The notes under the pieces are model-generated. The model made no database searches. It was not told where the DNA came from and worked only from the letters and a program-made list of their open reading frames with translations. From Paramecium tetraurelia (lineage: Eukaryota): 64,000 nucleotides of DNA. Shown one piece after another: positions 28,100 to 41,462 of the stretch. Location of the stretch: NCBI GenBank assembly GCA_000165425.1, contig CT867996.1:186001-250000 (forward strand), written 5' to 3'. Position 1 is the stretch's first letter. Each line of letters starts with the position of its first letter. The position numbers and the translations under genes were made by a program.

Positions 28100-28594
28100 T
28101 CATTTTTATTGTGACTTCAACTATTCAAATGTTTAAACAGGAATTAGAATAAACTTTTGATTTCCAATTTGAAATTAGTTGTAACCCAATTTAACACTGT
28201 TTTTGCAATCATCGCATTTACATAATTCAGAACATTTCACTCCTGCATTATAACATTCACAATATTTTTTTTAGCAATTACTCTTACGACAATTACATTT
28301 AATCTAAGCAGGAGTATTCTTCTCAACCATTTGTTCTAGCACTTTGTTTCTTTATTCAGGGTGTTTATCATCATTGTGACAATTTTAACATGAACACTCA
28401 CTCCCACAATACTCTCCAAAAGCAAGACAATCACAATACATCTTCAGACATTAGCTTTTTTTGCAAGTGCATTATCTCTATTTCTATTGGAATGGTTTTT
28501 TAATTGTTGTTTCAGTTATAACTCTTTTTTGCTATCTAGTAGGAGTCTGGAACTAGTCATCGTTAAATATAGTGTCACAATGATTTGGTTTCAT
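28100..28594 (-). CDS. Tesmin/TSO1/LIN54-like CXC-domain protein
   Basis: [33 protein letters not shown] and [33 protein letters not shown]. Confidence 0.93.
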
Positions 28595-28721
28595 TTATTA
28601 AATTTATTTATCAAAATGCAAATACACAGAATCCAATAATGATTCAACCCATTACACCCCTTCCTCTAGATGCTTCTCGCAAGAACATATATAACATAAT
28701 GATTTAACTCTATATAATAAA

Positions 28722-29467
28722 TCAACCCTTGGATACAAAACTATTATTTTTAACATAAAATCTCCAAGGCTTATCTTTCCATTCTTCTGCATAATCTATG
28801 TTGATTCTAGCTGAAACCCCAATCTCGTATTATTTAGTATTGTCTATCAGATACATCCCACTTTTCTGATCGCACAAATTTAATCCATTATGAGACTTAT
28901 CAAGAAGCAAGCACCCTCCACATTTCCCAGGACCATTAGATAGGTCCTATAACTTCGGAGACTTGGTTTTCCGTATCTCTTTGATGATGTCAAAACTCAA
29001 AGGTTGAACTGCTCGAATCAACACAGCCTCTGGATCATCCTTGGTTGCTGCTGTGATATTCAAGCAATAATTATTTCCATAAATCGAATAAACATATAAA
29101 TGACCACCATCCTACCAAAAGTACTTTGTTCTGTCTGTTTTTTTGTTGTTATAAGCATGACAAGCCTTGTCCTCAGGGGCTAATAATTAATGATCAATAA
29201 ATCATATATACCTTTATAAGCTTCTGTCTCAACTATTATTGCTCTGACTTCTCCTTGTGGCAATTATCTAACAATTATCTTCCCTATTAATTTCTATGCT
29301 AATTCAACTACGTCGACTTTATAGAAATCTGCAGTCAGCATTGTGTCAACCATTTAGTACTCTTCAGCTGGATTGGCCTCATTCTTTTTTATTTTTTTTG
29401 CAACTGGCTTTTCAACTTATTCCAAATCAGCTTTCTGCTTAGTTTCATTTTATTTAGCCTTTTTCAT
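28722..29467 (-). CDS. MPG: 3-methyladenine DNA glycosylase (AAG/MPG family)
   Basis: [58 protein letters not shown]. Confidence 0.94.
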
Positions 29468-30102
29468 TTTTATTAATATCATAAAATTTATCTATATATA
29501 TGCTTCTAATATTAGCGTATCTTTATTTACTTCATACTTTCTTGTAATACAATTTAGAATTTAACTAAATAAGAGTAAAATATCCAATCTTATCATAAAG
29601 ATTCTTATTAAGAACTCTTTAATCTTGAGTGTATTAAATAATATTATAAAAGAAATTATTGTAAAATTGATGTTATTAATAATATAATAACAGATACTTT
29701 ACACAACTTTAACTGGATAACTAATTTGTAAATCAAATAAACTTAGATAATAATATTGAAAAAGGATTTCAATTTAACCAAATTGGCATATATCATAGAA
29801 AAAAGTACATATCTTCAATTTTTAATTATTAATTATTAATACATTATATTGTAGATATAGTAATAATAAAGATGACATCCAACATAGGAATCAATTTCAA
29901 GATTATAAGAACTAATGGAATTATCATTTAATCATAATGATGAAATTTTCTTAAAATCGATCATTTTTTAAGATAGACTATGAAATTAAGAATCTACAAG
30001 CTATAAACTCTAAATTTAAGCATACATATCTAGTATTATACATTAGAAAATCATTAAAAACCTTTAGAAAAAGAATTAATTTATAATTATTAAAAGACCA
30101 AA

Positions 30103-30822
30103 ATGTAGATATCCCTGCCTCATTAAATTCACATCACTTGTATTTGTTTTTATTATCAAGATCGCAGCTTTGAATCCTTAGAGTGACAGCTAATAAATAA
30201 TAAGTAATTAAATATGTAATAGTAGCTGGTTATTTGTGTTAATCTGTATTGAAATTAAGAGATAGAAAAAATTTACAATAGGCAATTGAATTGGTTGGAA
30301 CTAGTAATGCAATCCCAATCTGTGTTTTGATAGCTGAAATTATCACGAAAAATTCTCCAGGATTATCATAGATTACATACTTTCAAAAGTGAATAATTGA
30401 TACTATTATTAGAGATAATAAAACACAGGATTAAGAGTCTTCTTAGATTGGAATTAGAATCAGACTAACCTATTAGCCTACAGAAGCTGAAATGAGAGAG
30501 CCTGGTTATTAATTGAGAGAAGTAGATCCACTCAAATAGCATAATTGGGATGACTTGTATAAATTTATATTGACGTACTCTAAAGATTTGTCAATGATTA
30601 AAAATCATGGTAAAGGTATGTCAAATATTTCTAGAGATTTTAAGATTGTAATCAGAAGAGAAATAGTTAGATTAAAGTTCATCTTAATCTTTATGCCATT
30701 AATCAGAGAGTCATATTACTATGAATAATTATGATTCTAATTCATTTGTTTATACATCCGACCGTGGAATAGATGATGCAAATAGATCTAAACTTAAAAC
30801 TAGAGGATAAAAAAGATTATGA
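30103..30822 (+). pseudogene. Alba/Rpp25-like nucleic-acid-binding protein, disrupted
   Basis: ILRVTANK...IELVGTSNAIPICVLIAEIITKNSPGLSQIT...IRIRLTYQPTEAEMREPGYQ resembles Alba/Rpp25; in-frame TGA at ~30390 and frame breaks near 30170-30220. Confidence 0.65.
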
Positions 30823-31268
30823 TTTTATTATATAATTTTATCTATAACAACAAATATACTTAAAAATAAAATCTGGACCAACGTATATCCAGAATTTTAT
30901 AAGAACAGACAAATGATTTGATCAATTAAATTTTATGATAACTACAATTTTTATCAACAAATTTGAGATTAAATTCCTGGTTAATTCTATGTTAGTAATG
31001 AATTTTAAAGGCTTGCATTCTATATCTCACAGATATGGCATTTGAGAGTAATATATCACAAGTTGAGTTATTTATAATATTTGGTTGTTCTTCTTGTCAT
31101 TAAATATAGATATAAATTGCAGATAAAGAATTATTTCTATACTTTCTATTTAACCATTTATTTAGATTATAAAAATTGATAGAAACATTAAGCAAACAGA
31201 GGATAATATTATCCTCATAATTATAGAATTTATGAAGTGATGACTTTAGTAATTTATATTATTTATAC

Positions 31269-31531
31269 TCATCCAAACTAAATTTATGATCTGCCACCTG
31301 GAGGATTTCTAACTTTGACTGATGTTTTAACATCCGATTATTATTATTATTAAACAGGAGGTTGATTGACTTGTTTTCTTCCTAAAGGTTTAGGTGCTTG
31401 CTATTAAGGAGTATAATCTCCCTTTGGTTGTTAAATATGGTATGTACAAATGAGATCGATGAATTTCCTCCAGGTGCTTAGTGTAATCTAACTGATGGCT
31501 TATCTAATCCATATCCTTAAATGTTATTCAT
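31269..31531 (-). CDS. 78-aa SPIRAL1/Jupiter(HN1)-like putative microtubule-associated protein
   Basis: MNNIQGYGLDKPSVRLHQAPGGNSSISFG...KTSVKVRNPPGGRSQIQFG-TGA, one 26-nt intron. Confidence 0.8.
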
Positions 31532-32570
31532 TTTTCAAAAATTTAACTGCTATTTATATTATTAATATTTAATGATCAATAATTTTAGTATTAAAATAGA
31601 TTTTTAATAAATATCTTATTAATTAATTTAGAGAATTGTGAATTTAATTTAAACCGTCAGTTTTGAACATACCAAAAAGCGATTTTCCTAAATTAATTAT
31701 TTATTTGAAAGATCTAATAATTATTTAATCGAATTAAATTAGTTAGTAAAATCGTAAATATTGTTATAAATCAGAACCAAAACTAAAATTCAATCATCGA
31801 ACAAAATTGTGAGGAATTGATGTTTTGATACAATATTCAAATATTAAGTCATAAGCATACAATCTTATTCTTATTTTCATGTATATTAAATTAATAGTGA
31901 ATCAAAAAGTAAGAATTAAAAAATTATTACAATTTCTTCAATAATAATTTAAGTTAAAATCGACATATAGGTATTATCTTTTAAATGAGAATATTTGAGA
32001 GCTACAAAAATTGTAAATCCAAAAAAGACTACATTATTTTAGAGGATTTTTAAAAGAAATACATAATCATTTATGGATTAGCAAATTAAATTAAGAATTT
32101 AAAATTAACACTTATTAAATAATTTAAATGATCTCTTAAGAGTTTAACAATTCTATTATTTCTACAAAAATATAGATCATTTAACATAATTTGAATTAGA
32201 TAAATATATTGGAATTATGAATTAGTTTTATCATGGAAATTCTAAAATACTTACGATTAATAGTTTTGAAAAACAACTAAGAAATTCAGCGTGATTCTTG
32301 ATAGCATAAGATGTAGATTAAAATTAAGTGATAGGTAAGTGGATTGCAATTTACATTTCTTTTTGTAATTAAACAATATTTTGTTCATTTTTGTAGTTTA
32401 AAATATAAAATAAATATGTTAATTAAAATGAATTTGAAAATGGACAAGATTTTATAGAGGTGAACTTTAGGGTCAGATGAAGGTAGTGAGTGGTTGTGGG
32501 GATATTGAAAGGAGATTGAGTAATTAATTTAAATGATTGTTATACATTTGATTTTATAAAATAAATTATT

Positions 32571-34848
32571 ATGAACCCGGAAGAATCGAATATTTTGGTA
32601 GCTATTCGTTGTAGGCCTCTTAATCAGAAGGAAGTTTAAAACGAAGATTTAGACATAGTTAGAGTGGAGGACAATTTGATTGTATTAATGATTGTGGATA
32701 ACTAATTTAGATCATTTTGGACCCAATACAAATGGAATATGAAGCAGAGAATAAGAAAATGCTGGAAGTGTATCATAGGAGCAAAGAACAGCGATATGCC
32801 TTCGATAAAGTGTTTAGGGAGGAGAGCTAAGATGATGTATTTGATGTTGATTGGTATAGTTTAGATCTTTGAATAAACATGCAAATAGCTGATTAAGCCT
32901 GTGATGAACGGTTACAATGCGACTGTATTTGCCTATGGTCCCACTGGAACAGGGAAGACTTACACGATGTTGGGAAACCAAGAAACCATGGGAATAAGTG
33001 TGCTCACAATAAGGGACATGTTTGAATTCATAAAACGTGATCTGGATAACGAATACATAGTGATGATAAGTTATGTGGAGATCTACAACGAAGCTATTCG
33101 TGATCTACTAATTTAGTAATCCTAATATTTGGAGTTACGAGACGATCCAATTAAGGGAGTCACAATAGCAGGAGTTACTGAGTATAAAGCAATAAGTGTT
33201 CAGTAGGTTATGAACTTATTGCTCTAAGGAAATAGGAGGAGGACAACCGAAGCCACGAATGCGAATCTTACTTCTTCTAGGTCTCATGCAGTATTTTAAA
33301 TAAATGTGACTCAAAGGAGCAAAGTGAAAAATACGGAGATGGAGTCAATGAATGGGAAGTTGAGTCTAATAGATTTGGCAGGGAGTGAAAGAGGAACTGT
33401 GACAGAGAACAGAGGACTTCGATTAAGAGAAGGAGCAAAAATCAATAGGTCATTGTTGGCACTTGCAAATTGTATCAATGCATTGGGAGATAAGAGCAAG
33501 AAAGGATTCTTTGTGCCTTATCGAGATAGTAAATTGACAAGGCTGTTGAAGGATTCCTTGGGTGGCAATTGCAGAACAGTTATGATTGCAAATATATCGC
33601 CAGCTTCATCTCAATTTGAAGAGACCATCAACACTTTGAAATATGCCAATAGAGCCAAAAATATAAAGACAAAACAATTACCCAATAAGAAATTGGTTGC
33701 TATGCATATAGCTGAATACAAGAACATAATTAGTGATTTGAGATCAGAAATTGAATCATTAAAACTAAGATTGAATGAAAAATAATTTGATGACAATGAA
33801 GATGAATCTATTACTATCAACAATTACATTAACAAGAATGGTAAGCCAGAATAAGAAGAGTTGAAATCTATTTAGGAAGAAATCTTTGAGAACTTTTAGG
33901 AAAGAATTTAATTAAGAAGAGCCCTTATGGAAATTGAGGAACAGAATGCTATGAATTTCTTGGAAATCAAAAAAAGGTAAAGTGAAATCTTGCAATGGAA
34001 GAAGTCAGGTGAGAAGAATATGCCTGAAGATATTAGACAGGGATTGAAGAGCATATAGACCTTAAAAACGAGTACGGAGAAGAATATGATCAAAAAGGAA
34101 TTGATGGGGTTATAGTTAGTTGAAAATATTAATAATGCTAAGAAGATTAGAGAGTCGATTCCTAAAAGAATTCAGAGTAAGGAGAAGAGAGATTATTTGG
34201 AATTGGAAATTAAAAATCATGTTTTGGAATTATAAAATGTTGAATTGGAAATCAATCTGTAAATTCAAGAAAAGACTATTAATGATTTAAAAATGATTGT
34301 TGAAAATTAAAAGAAACTAATTAATGATACTCAAGATGAAGAAAAATACTTTGAAGAAACAGACATCGAATATATTGATGATTTATTGGAAGATCCAGAA
34401 TTTTAACAGGAATAAGATGACGATGATCTGGAGGATTTGGGTGAATTAGATTAGTTTAAAGAATTCATCAAAAAAGAAGAATTGAAATAAAATTCACCCA
34501 ATCAATTCAAACAAAGAGACAAGAGTGCCCCAAGAAAACAGTTTAACAAATAAGAGTTGTCCATTCAAGAAGACTACGATGAAATTAGTTAATCATAATC
34601 CAAACCTAAAGTTCGAGATCAATCTCGTAATAAAAGGGATGGAGGTGGATCTGCTATTTAAAATAAAGTACTGCCCCCAAAAGATAAATAATTGCAATTT
34701 CAATAACAAATCAAACCTGCAAACATTAAACCACCAAAAGATATATCAGTTCTAAATTTACAAGGGGTACTCATTATTAATCTAATTCTAGCGAAATCTA
34801 TCAATAGGCAATTCATAGCAAAGAGGTAATTCTAAGGCCAAAAAATGA
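32571..34848 (+). CDS. Kinesin-8 family motor (KIF18/KIF19-like)
   Basis: [81 protein letters not shown]. Confidence 0.93.
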
Positions 34849-35062
34849 TTATTAATATTTTATAATATCAATGCTTACAAGATCAAAGTACTTATCAATT
34901 GTTCAAAATAATTTAATCAATAAAATATTATTCTAAAAATAAATGAACACCAAAATTTTATTTAAATTTGTTTCCTTATTAAAAACGATAATTGCTAAAG
35001 GAAAAACGATAATCGGAATTTAATATTACTGATTAATCAAACGAATCCAAAATTTTAATTTT

Positions 35063-36156
35063 ATGATTCTTGTTTATACTTTATCAATAGTTGCTATGGT
35101 GGCAGCCGAATCCACAACTGAAGAACATGTATCAAGAAACTACTGTTAACTTCCAGATCCCATATTTGCTGATGGAATATAGGTTGCTAACTTTGGTACT
35201 GATGGTTGGAACTATGCAAATGCAGAAAATTGGGAATGTAATTGTTGAAATATATCATATTTTAGAACTTGTTGTGACTTGTGGTGGAAGCTACCAATCG
35301 CCAATTGATATTGTGACTACAGGAGCTAGTCAATAACCAGTTTAGCCGAAAATCTACTATAAAAATAAAGCTTCGGATGTTGGATACGAAGAAGTAAATA
35401 GTAATAAAATTAAATTAAATTTAGCACCGTACACCAAAGAATACGAAGGAGAATATTCATCAATATAAGTCTTAGATGCTTCAGGATTGGTGGTCAGATA
35501 TTACGCCAAGTAATTTCATATTCATACTCCATCAGAACACACTATTGATGGAAAGCATTTTGACTTAGAAATTCATTTTGTTCATTAAGTCAATGTTTTT
35601 AAATATATACTTAGGCTATTCAAGATGAGGAGTAAGACTGTAATAAAGTGAAGAATAGTTTGACAGTCTTCGGTCTTATGTTCACAGAATCAGCCTCTGC
35701 AACTGATTACGAAGCATTCAAGCCTTGGTTTGATTAAAATATGACTGGAGAAGTGGAATCCTTTGACTTGAAGTAAGATTTTAGTTATGAAGTTTGTTAG
35801 TGACTTCTTCTAAAAAATGACTGATTCTACCTATTATCATTATGATGGTAGTTTGACAACTCTTCCATGTTCTTAGATTGTTAATTGGATTGTATTCTAT
35901 CAACCATTACCAATCTCAACTTTCTAATTGAATCAATTCAGAGCAACATTTGCTGATTCAACTGCCTTTCCACTCAAGTAGAACAACCGTCCAATATAAC
36001 ACTTGAATGGAAGGAAGATTTTAAAAGGAGTAATTGATTATGATCACTATATTTAAGACTGCACTCACAGCTGGAGTGACAGAAATCCCAGATGTGTAAT
36101 CATCTCAGGCATGTCTATTACTTTTATCAATTGTGATGGGTGCTTTTATATTATGA
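35063..36156 (+). CDS. Alpha-carbonic anhydrase, secreted or membrane-anchored (copy 1)
   Basis: Signal peptide, CGGSYQSPIDI, QFHIHTPSEHTIDGKHFDLEIHFVH (three Zn-ligand His), YYHYDGSLTT.PC, NNRPIQ, hydrophobic C-terminal tail. Confidence 0.93.
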
Positions 36157-36182
36157 TAACACATTAATAATTTAAATTAAAA

Positions 36183-37285
36183 ATGATTCTAGCTTCAATT
36201 CTTCTGACATTACTTTTAGATTCAATTAAGTCATAAAGAACCTACTGCTAATTGCCTGATCCTATTTTCAATGACGGAGTTAAAAATTCGACCTGGGGAG
36301 ATTCAGATCCTTCGGATTGGAATTACTTAAACACCAATGACTGGAAAAGTAGTTTATTTGTTTTAGGAAACGTAGGCAAAGTCGTGACTTGTGGTGCCAG
36401 CTTTTAATCTCCCATAAACATAATAACATCTACAGCAACCAAGGAATCTACATTCCCAGCCATTAATTACATACTGAAGTCTTCAACCAAAAATTACTTC
36501 GAAGCTCAGAGTACTTCTCTTAAACTATTTATCCAGGGGATTACACCAAAGAATTGGAAGGAGAGTACGATTTTATCACTGCATTCGATATATCTAATTC
36601 TCAATACAAATATTATGCTAGGCAGTTCCATATTCATACTCCATCCGAACATCAAGTCGATGGAAAAAACTTTGACTTAGAAGTTCACTTCGTGCATCAA
36701 GTAAGCTTTCAGTTTATCAGGCTGTCGAAGATGGAGAACAGAGTTGCAATGACATCAGAAACAAATTGACTGTCTTTGGATTACTCTTCTAATAGTCTAA
36801 CACTGCTTCAGATTACGAGGTGTTCAAGCCATGGTTTGATGACACCGTCAATAGAGTTTCATCCTTTGATATGAAGTAATCCTTGTCTCTCCTACATTCA
36901 ATAGCGACTTCTTCCAAAGAATGACTGACAAAACCTATTATCATTACACCGGCAGTCTCACCACTATGTATGTTCTTAGAAACTAACCATAGACCTTGCT
37001 CTTAAACTGTAAATTGGTATGTTTTTACTTCCCCCTTGCCCATCTCTAAATCGCAATTCAAACAATTCAAAGACTTCCTCGACAGTGATGACTACTTCCC
37101 CGATTAATCCAACAATCGTCCCGTTCAAAATCTTAATGGACGCACCCTCTACAAAGGAGTAAACATCAATCATCAATTTCTAGACTGCTTCTTTCAATGG
37201 AGTGACCTCTCTTCCTGTTATAGAAGCAAGTTGGGGTTCCATTATCTAGATGGCTATGCTATTAATAATCTATTTGATAATATGA
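36183..37285 (+). CDS. Alpha-carbonic anhydrase, secreted or membrane-anchored (copy 2)
   Basis: Signal peptide, QSPINI, QFHIHTPSEHQVDGKNFDLEVHFVH, YYHYTGSLTT, NNRPVQ, hydrophobic tail. Confidence 0.93.
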
Positions 37286-37428
37286 TATATATCAATATTC
37301 ATAGATTATCAATGGTTTTAATTTTATCGACTATTTCTAAAATCCCAATTTCTAATGTGTCTATTAAAAAATTTAATCAATAATAAACATGCTCAATTAT
37401 TATATAATAAAAATTTAAGCTAGCTATT

Positions 37429-38841
37429 ATGCAGTAATAATCTACTTTCAGAGAATCTGACGGCGAAACTACATTATATACCGGAGAATAAATCTTAAAA
37501 AAAACAAAAACCTTTCAACAAAGGGCTACTGAAATATTAAGTGTCAATGCTTACAAAATACTATACACGATAAACAAAGAAATTCCTAAATTTTTAAATC
37601 CTTATCCTTAGTTTATTCGTGTTTAAGTCTCCAGCTCGTTAAGCAAAGCTCAATAATTTTGTCCACAGTTATCATGTGATATTGAAGAATGGGGAAAAAA
37701 TAGTTTGAAATATTTTTTTATACAATAGGATTTACAATCGGAAAATTGGAGAGGGAATCAGTTCATTTGTACGATGACGTTTATGCCTGGGTTATGTTCA
37801 ATTGCGTAGAGTACCCAAATGAGGAGATGATGAGCCCCATACACCTTCTGGTTGACTATTCAAACCTCTTTTAAATACATAGTCTGGAAGAACATTGTAC
37901 CCAGATTATCCATTAAATGTAATTTAATCCGAAGACCAATATTCTTTCACTTAAAACTAAGGAATTACTTGCCAAGTCAACCTTCTAGAATAAACAAAAG
38001 ATTAAAATCTAAGATGTCTCTTAAATGAGGGGCTATCCTACTTGCATTCAAATAACTCAAAATTGTGAGAATCAAATACTTGAAGACGGCAACATCTTTA
38101 AAGTCGGCTATTAGCCACTGTTAACAGTTAGAAAAATTTATCACAAATTTCAAAATTTCTTTGAGAGATATTCCACTAAAAACAATATTGATGACATGAT
38201 TTTTGAGGCCCTGCAATCTCTTTAGTCCAAAGTTCAGTTTTCAGGAATTGATGAAAGTGTATCAGAACTATTTATGCTTGTTCAAGACAGAAGAATAAAC
38301 AAGGCTGAATATTTGTAAAGACTAGAAGATGAAAATCTGATGATGCAATCCGTAAGTTATAAATGTTATATTTTAGAAATTATACACAGCTTTGGAAAAG
38401 AATAGTATTTTATTGTAAACATAAAGGGATGAAAATCCCATTGAACATTTCTTGTTGGTAGCAGATCAAAAGAATTCATTCCTTTTTGGAAGAATGGAAT
38501 TCTCAGATATCACCTTTCAGTCTACTTAAGTATCAAGAAATCATGGAACCATAGAGTTTATACCGACTAATAATAAATGGATTATAATGGATGGCTAGTA
38601 AACTTTTGAATAGTCGTGGAAAAACAGTACCTTTGGAGTGTGGTTGCAGATGAACCCAAAGACCTTCTACTATATTGATACAGAACAAATGGTAAAGGTG
38701 GGATCAACAAGTATTAAAATGATACCAAACAATGTGAAAACAAATAATCATGATATTGATAATGTAATCCAACTGAATGAATTCAACAATTTAAGAGAGA
38801 GGGAGATTGAAGATTTTACGAACACATTACTTGACCTATGA
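37429..38841 (+). CDS. FHA-domain-containing protein
   Basis: FLFGRMEFSDITFQSTQVSRNHGTI...WIIMDG...STFGVWL shows the FHA GR/SxxH/STxG pattern. Confidence 0.75.
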
Positions 38842-38933
38842 ACCATTATGAGTGATTATTATATATTATTGAATTAGGTTTATGAAGAAGTCTTGTACCA
38901 TATAATAAAAATACAATAATATGGTATTCATAA

Positions 38934-40560
38934 TCATATTTTAAAAATGTCATCAGGATTTATATCTCTGTAATATGTTATATTGAATTTGGTGTCAAGT
39001 TCCATTATTGTTTGCAAGCTTTAAGCAATACCAATGCCGGGCTGGTTTTTGCATTTACTTATAAATTCTTTTATTTTGTCTTACTCCTTCAAATATTATA
39101 TCACTTAATAACATTTTTCAATCGGTATTTTTCTGGTTTGAGATTGTTAAAGCTACTTGAATACAACTTCATATTATTTCCAATTTTTCGATTCTATTTT
39201 TTCTTTAAGTAACGTATTTAAGTCTTGTTTGTATGTTATTATGGCTTAATAATAATCTTTGGTTAACCTATTTTACAACCCCACATACTCCTTGTTTTCT
39301 TGAGATTTCACCATAAAATAATTTAACAGTTCAATTAGTTATGGCACATCATTGTCAAGTAGAATTGTTGGTTCAAAATCGCTTATAAGGCAGTTCAACA
39401 TTGCAAATCCATAATTAATTTAGTACAACCCAATTAATGATATAAACTATTAGAAAATCAAATGATCAATTTGCTTGACTATTAATGTATTTTTCATAAA
39501 GTCAGCGACGTGCTTACAAAGCAAGAATTTACGATAAAAAATATCAGTTAATAAATTTAATCTTTTAAGTTTTTCTGCCTCATTCTTCACAATTTATTAT
39601 TTATAATCCTCTTCCTACACACTTCTATCAAGGCGTACAAAGATAGAATCCTTTAGTATTCGATTAGGAGTTTTCATAACGCTATGAGCCCATAGATCTT
39701 CAAATTAGATTCGTTTATCCTAATCAAAAATTAGCATCTTTTCAATTAAATCCATAATCATTTAACCACCTTTTAAGTCAGCACATTTATATGGACTTTT
39801 ACTAATTGATTCATGAAACTCATGTAATTGTTACTAGTTATCATAATGACTTGGAAAACTGAACTTATAAGCTATTTGATGAAAAACAATCCCGTAGGAG
39901 TATATATCACACTTGGAAGAAAAATTCTATCCTTTCAAAATTTCAGGTGCACAATATGAACGAGTGCCAACTCTTGTTAGATTAGCTTTAGCGTAGATAT
40001 CGTCTAAATATTTAGTAAAACCGAAATCAGCTATCTAATTAAATATAATAATAGAGTTCTACTTTATAAATTTTCCTCTCTGTTGGTTACCCTTTGTTAA
40101 GTATTTTAACTAGAATATTTTAGGGCTTGATGTCTCTATGTATAATGTGGTTATCAATTAAAACTTAGGCACCTTTAAGTATTTATTTCATCATATCTTC
40201 CATTTCGATTATCGAGGGCCAGGTATTCATATAATGAAATTATCTGAGCAACTTGTCCAAATCCAAATCGCATAATTCCATTACAATACACAATCTACTA
40301 TCTTCATCAATAATATCAATCATTTTCACCAAATTCTCACAATTTGCATCTTTTAAACTTTAGAATGTTTTTATTTCTGCTTCCAGCTATCTCTTCTAAC
40401 TTAATTCTTTTTTTTGGTCGGTATTTATGGATTTTTTGATTATTTTCATGCAAAATAACTCATCCTTATTACCTATTCTATAACATTTGTGAGCAGTTCC
40501 ATAGGCGCCTGCACCCAATGCTTCATTTTAATTGACCATAAAGTCTTTAATCTGTCTCAT
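38934..40560 (-). CDS. Ser/Thr protein kinase
   Basis: LGAGAYG, CMKII, IIHRDIKPQNIL, IADFG, VGTRSYCAPE, DIYSYG. Confidence 0.93.
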
Positions 40561-40984
40561 ATATTAATAGAAAATAAATATTAAAAATAAATAAATATAT
40601 AAGTATTTAATCTTGCGTATTTATTACATTGAAAGAAAAATACTATTTTAATATAATTGCGAATACTCTTTTCATATGAATAGATTTTCTAAATTGAAAC
40701 ATATTATTGTAAATATTAGAGGATAATCCTTTCATTTTTTACCATTTCTCAAACATATAAATCATAATAATTTATGAAATTATCAATCAGACTTTCAGTA
40801 ATTAGATAATCAATAAGTTCTGGATATATCTACCCACTACTCAAACTTAGTCTTACTAATATCTTCAATATTTTAAATTTCTAATTATTCATCTAAAAAG
40901 ATTTACATAGTTATTTTTAAATATTTGTCTTCTTATTTAGATTACTACAATTCTCTAAAGAATCACATTAATTTTCTTATAATT

Positions 40985-41426
40985 ATGAAAATAGCGTTAA
41001 GACATCAAAATAAACGTGGTGTTATAAATGCTACTTACACATATGATGATGAAATTCTATTTTATAGCATTATGTTATTTTCTTTTGGATGTTGAATATT
41101 TTGTTCCTTAATGGAATGCACATAATCTATAGTCTATCCAAGTGATATCTATAAGTTGATGTAACTTGCTTATATGTATTGTTTTTCTTTGGTACTCAAC
41201 TAAAATTAAGATATAGCATGGGTGTTTAGAGCTGATGAGATGGGCAATATTTTATATGTATATCAATTATAATAATAAAAATTCGAATATTTTTAATCAT
41301 GAGGATTATTTTGAATATGGGGTGAAGGATTGTAACGGAATGAGTTTGTATGTTGTTTACTGGTATGTTAATCTAGGAATTCAATATATTGGTTGTTTTT
41401 TTTTAAGTTTTTATACTGTATTATGA
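40985..41426 (+). pseudogene. Possible degraded membrane-protein gene
   Basis: Hydrophobic coding-like fragments in different frames with internal TGA. Confidence 0.3.
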
Positions 41427-41462
41427 AAATACTTTATTCACATTTCAAAAGTATTTGTGAGC

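Noticed and set aside
31336..31352. (TTA)n microsatellite
   Set aside because: It is a poly-Gln tract (TAA codons) within the SPR1-like gene
33311..34093. Minus-strand ORFs in the supplied track (also 52482-52720, 54079-54267, 63413-63610)
   Set aside because: Antisense shadows of kinesin-8, ACAD and calpain coding sequence
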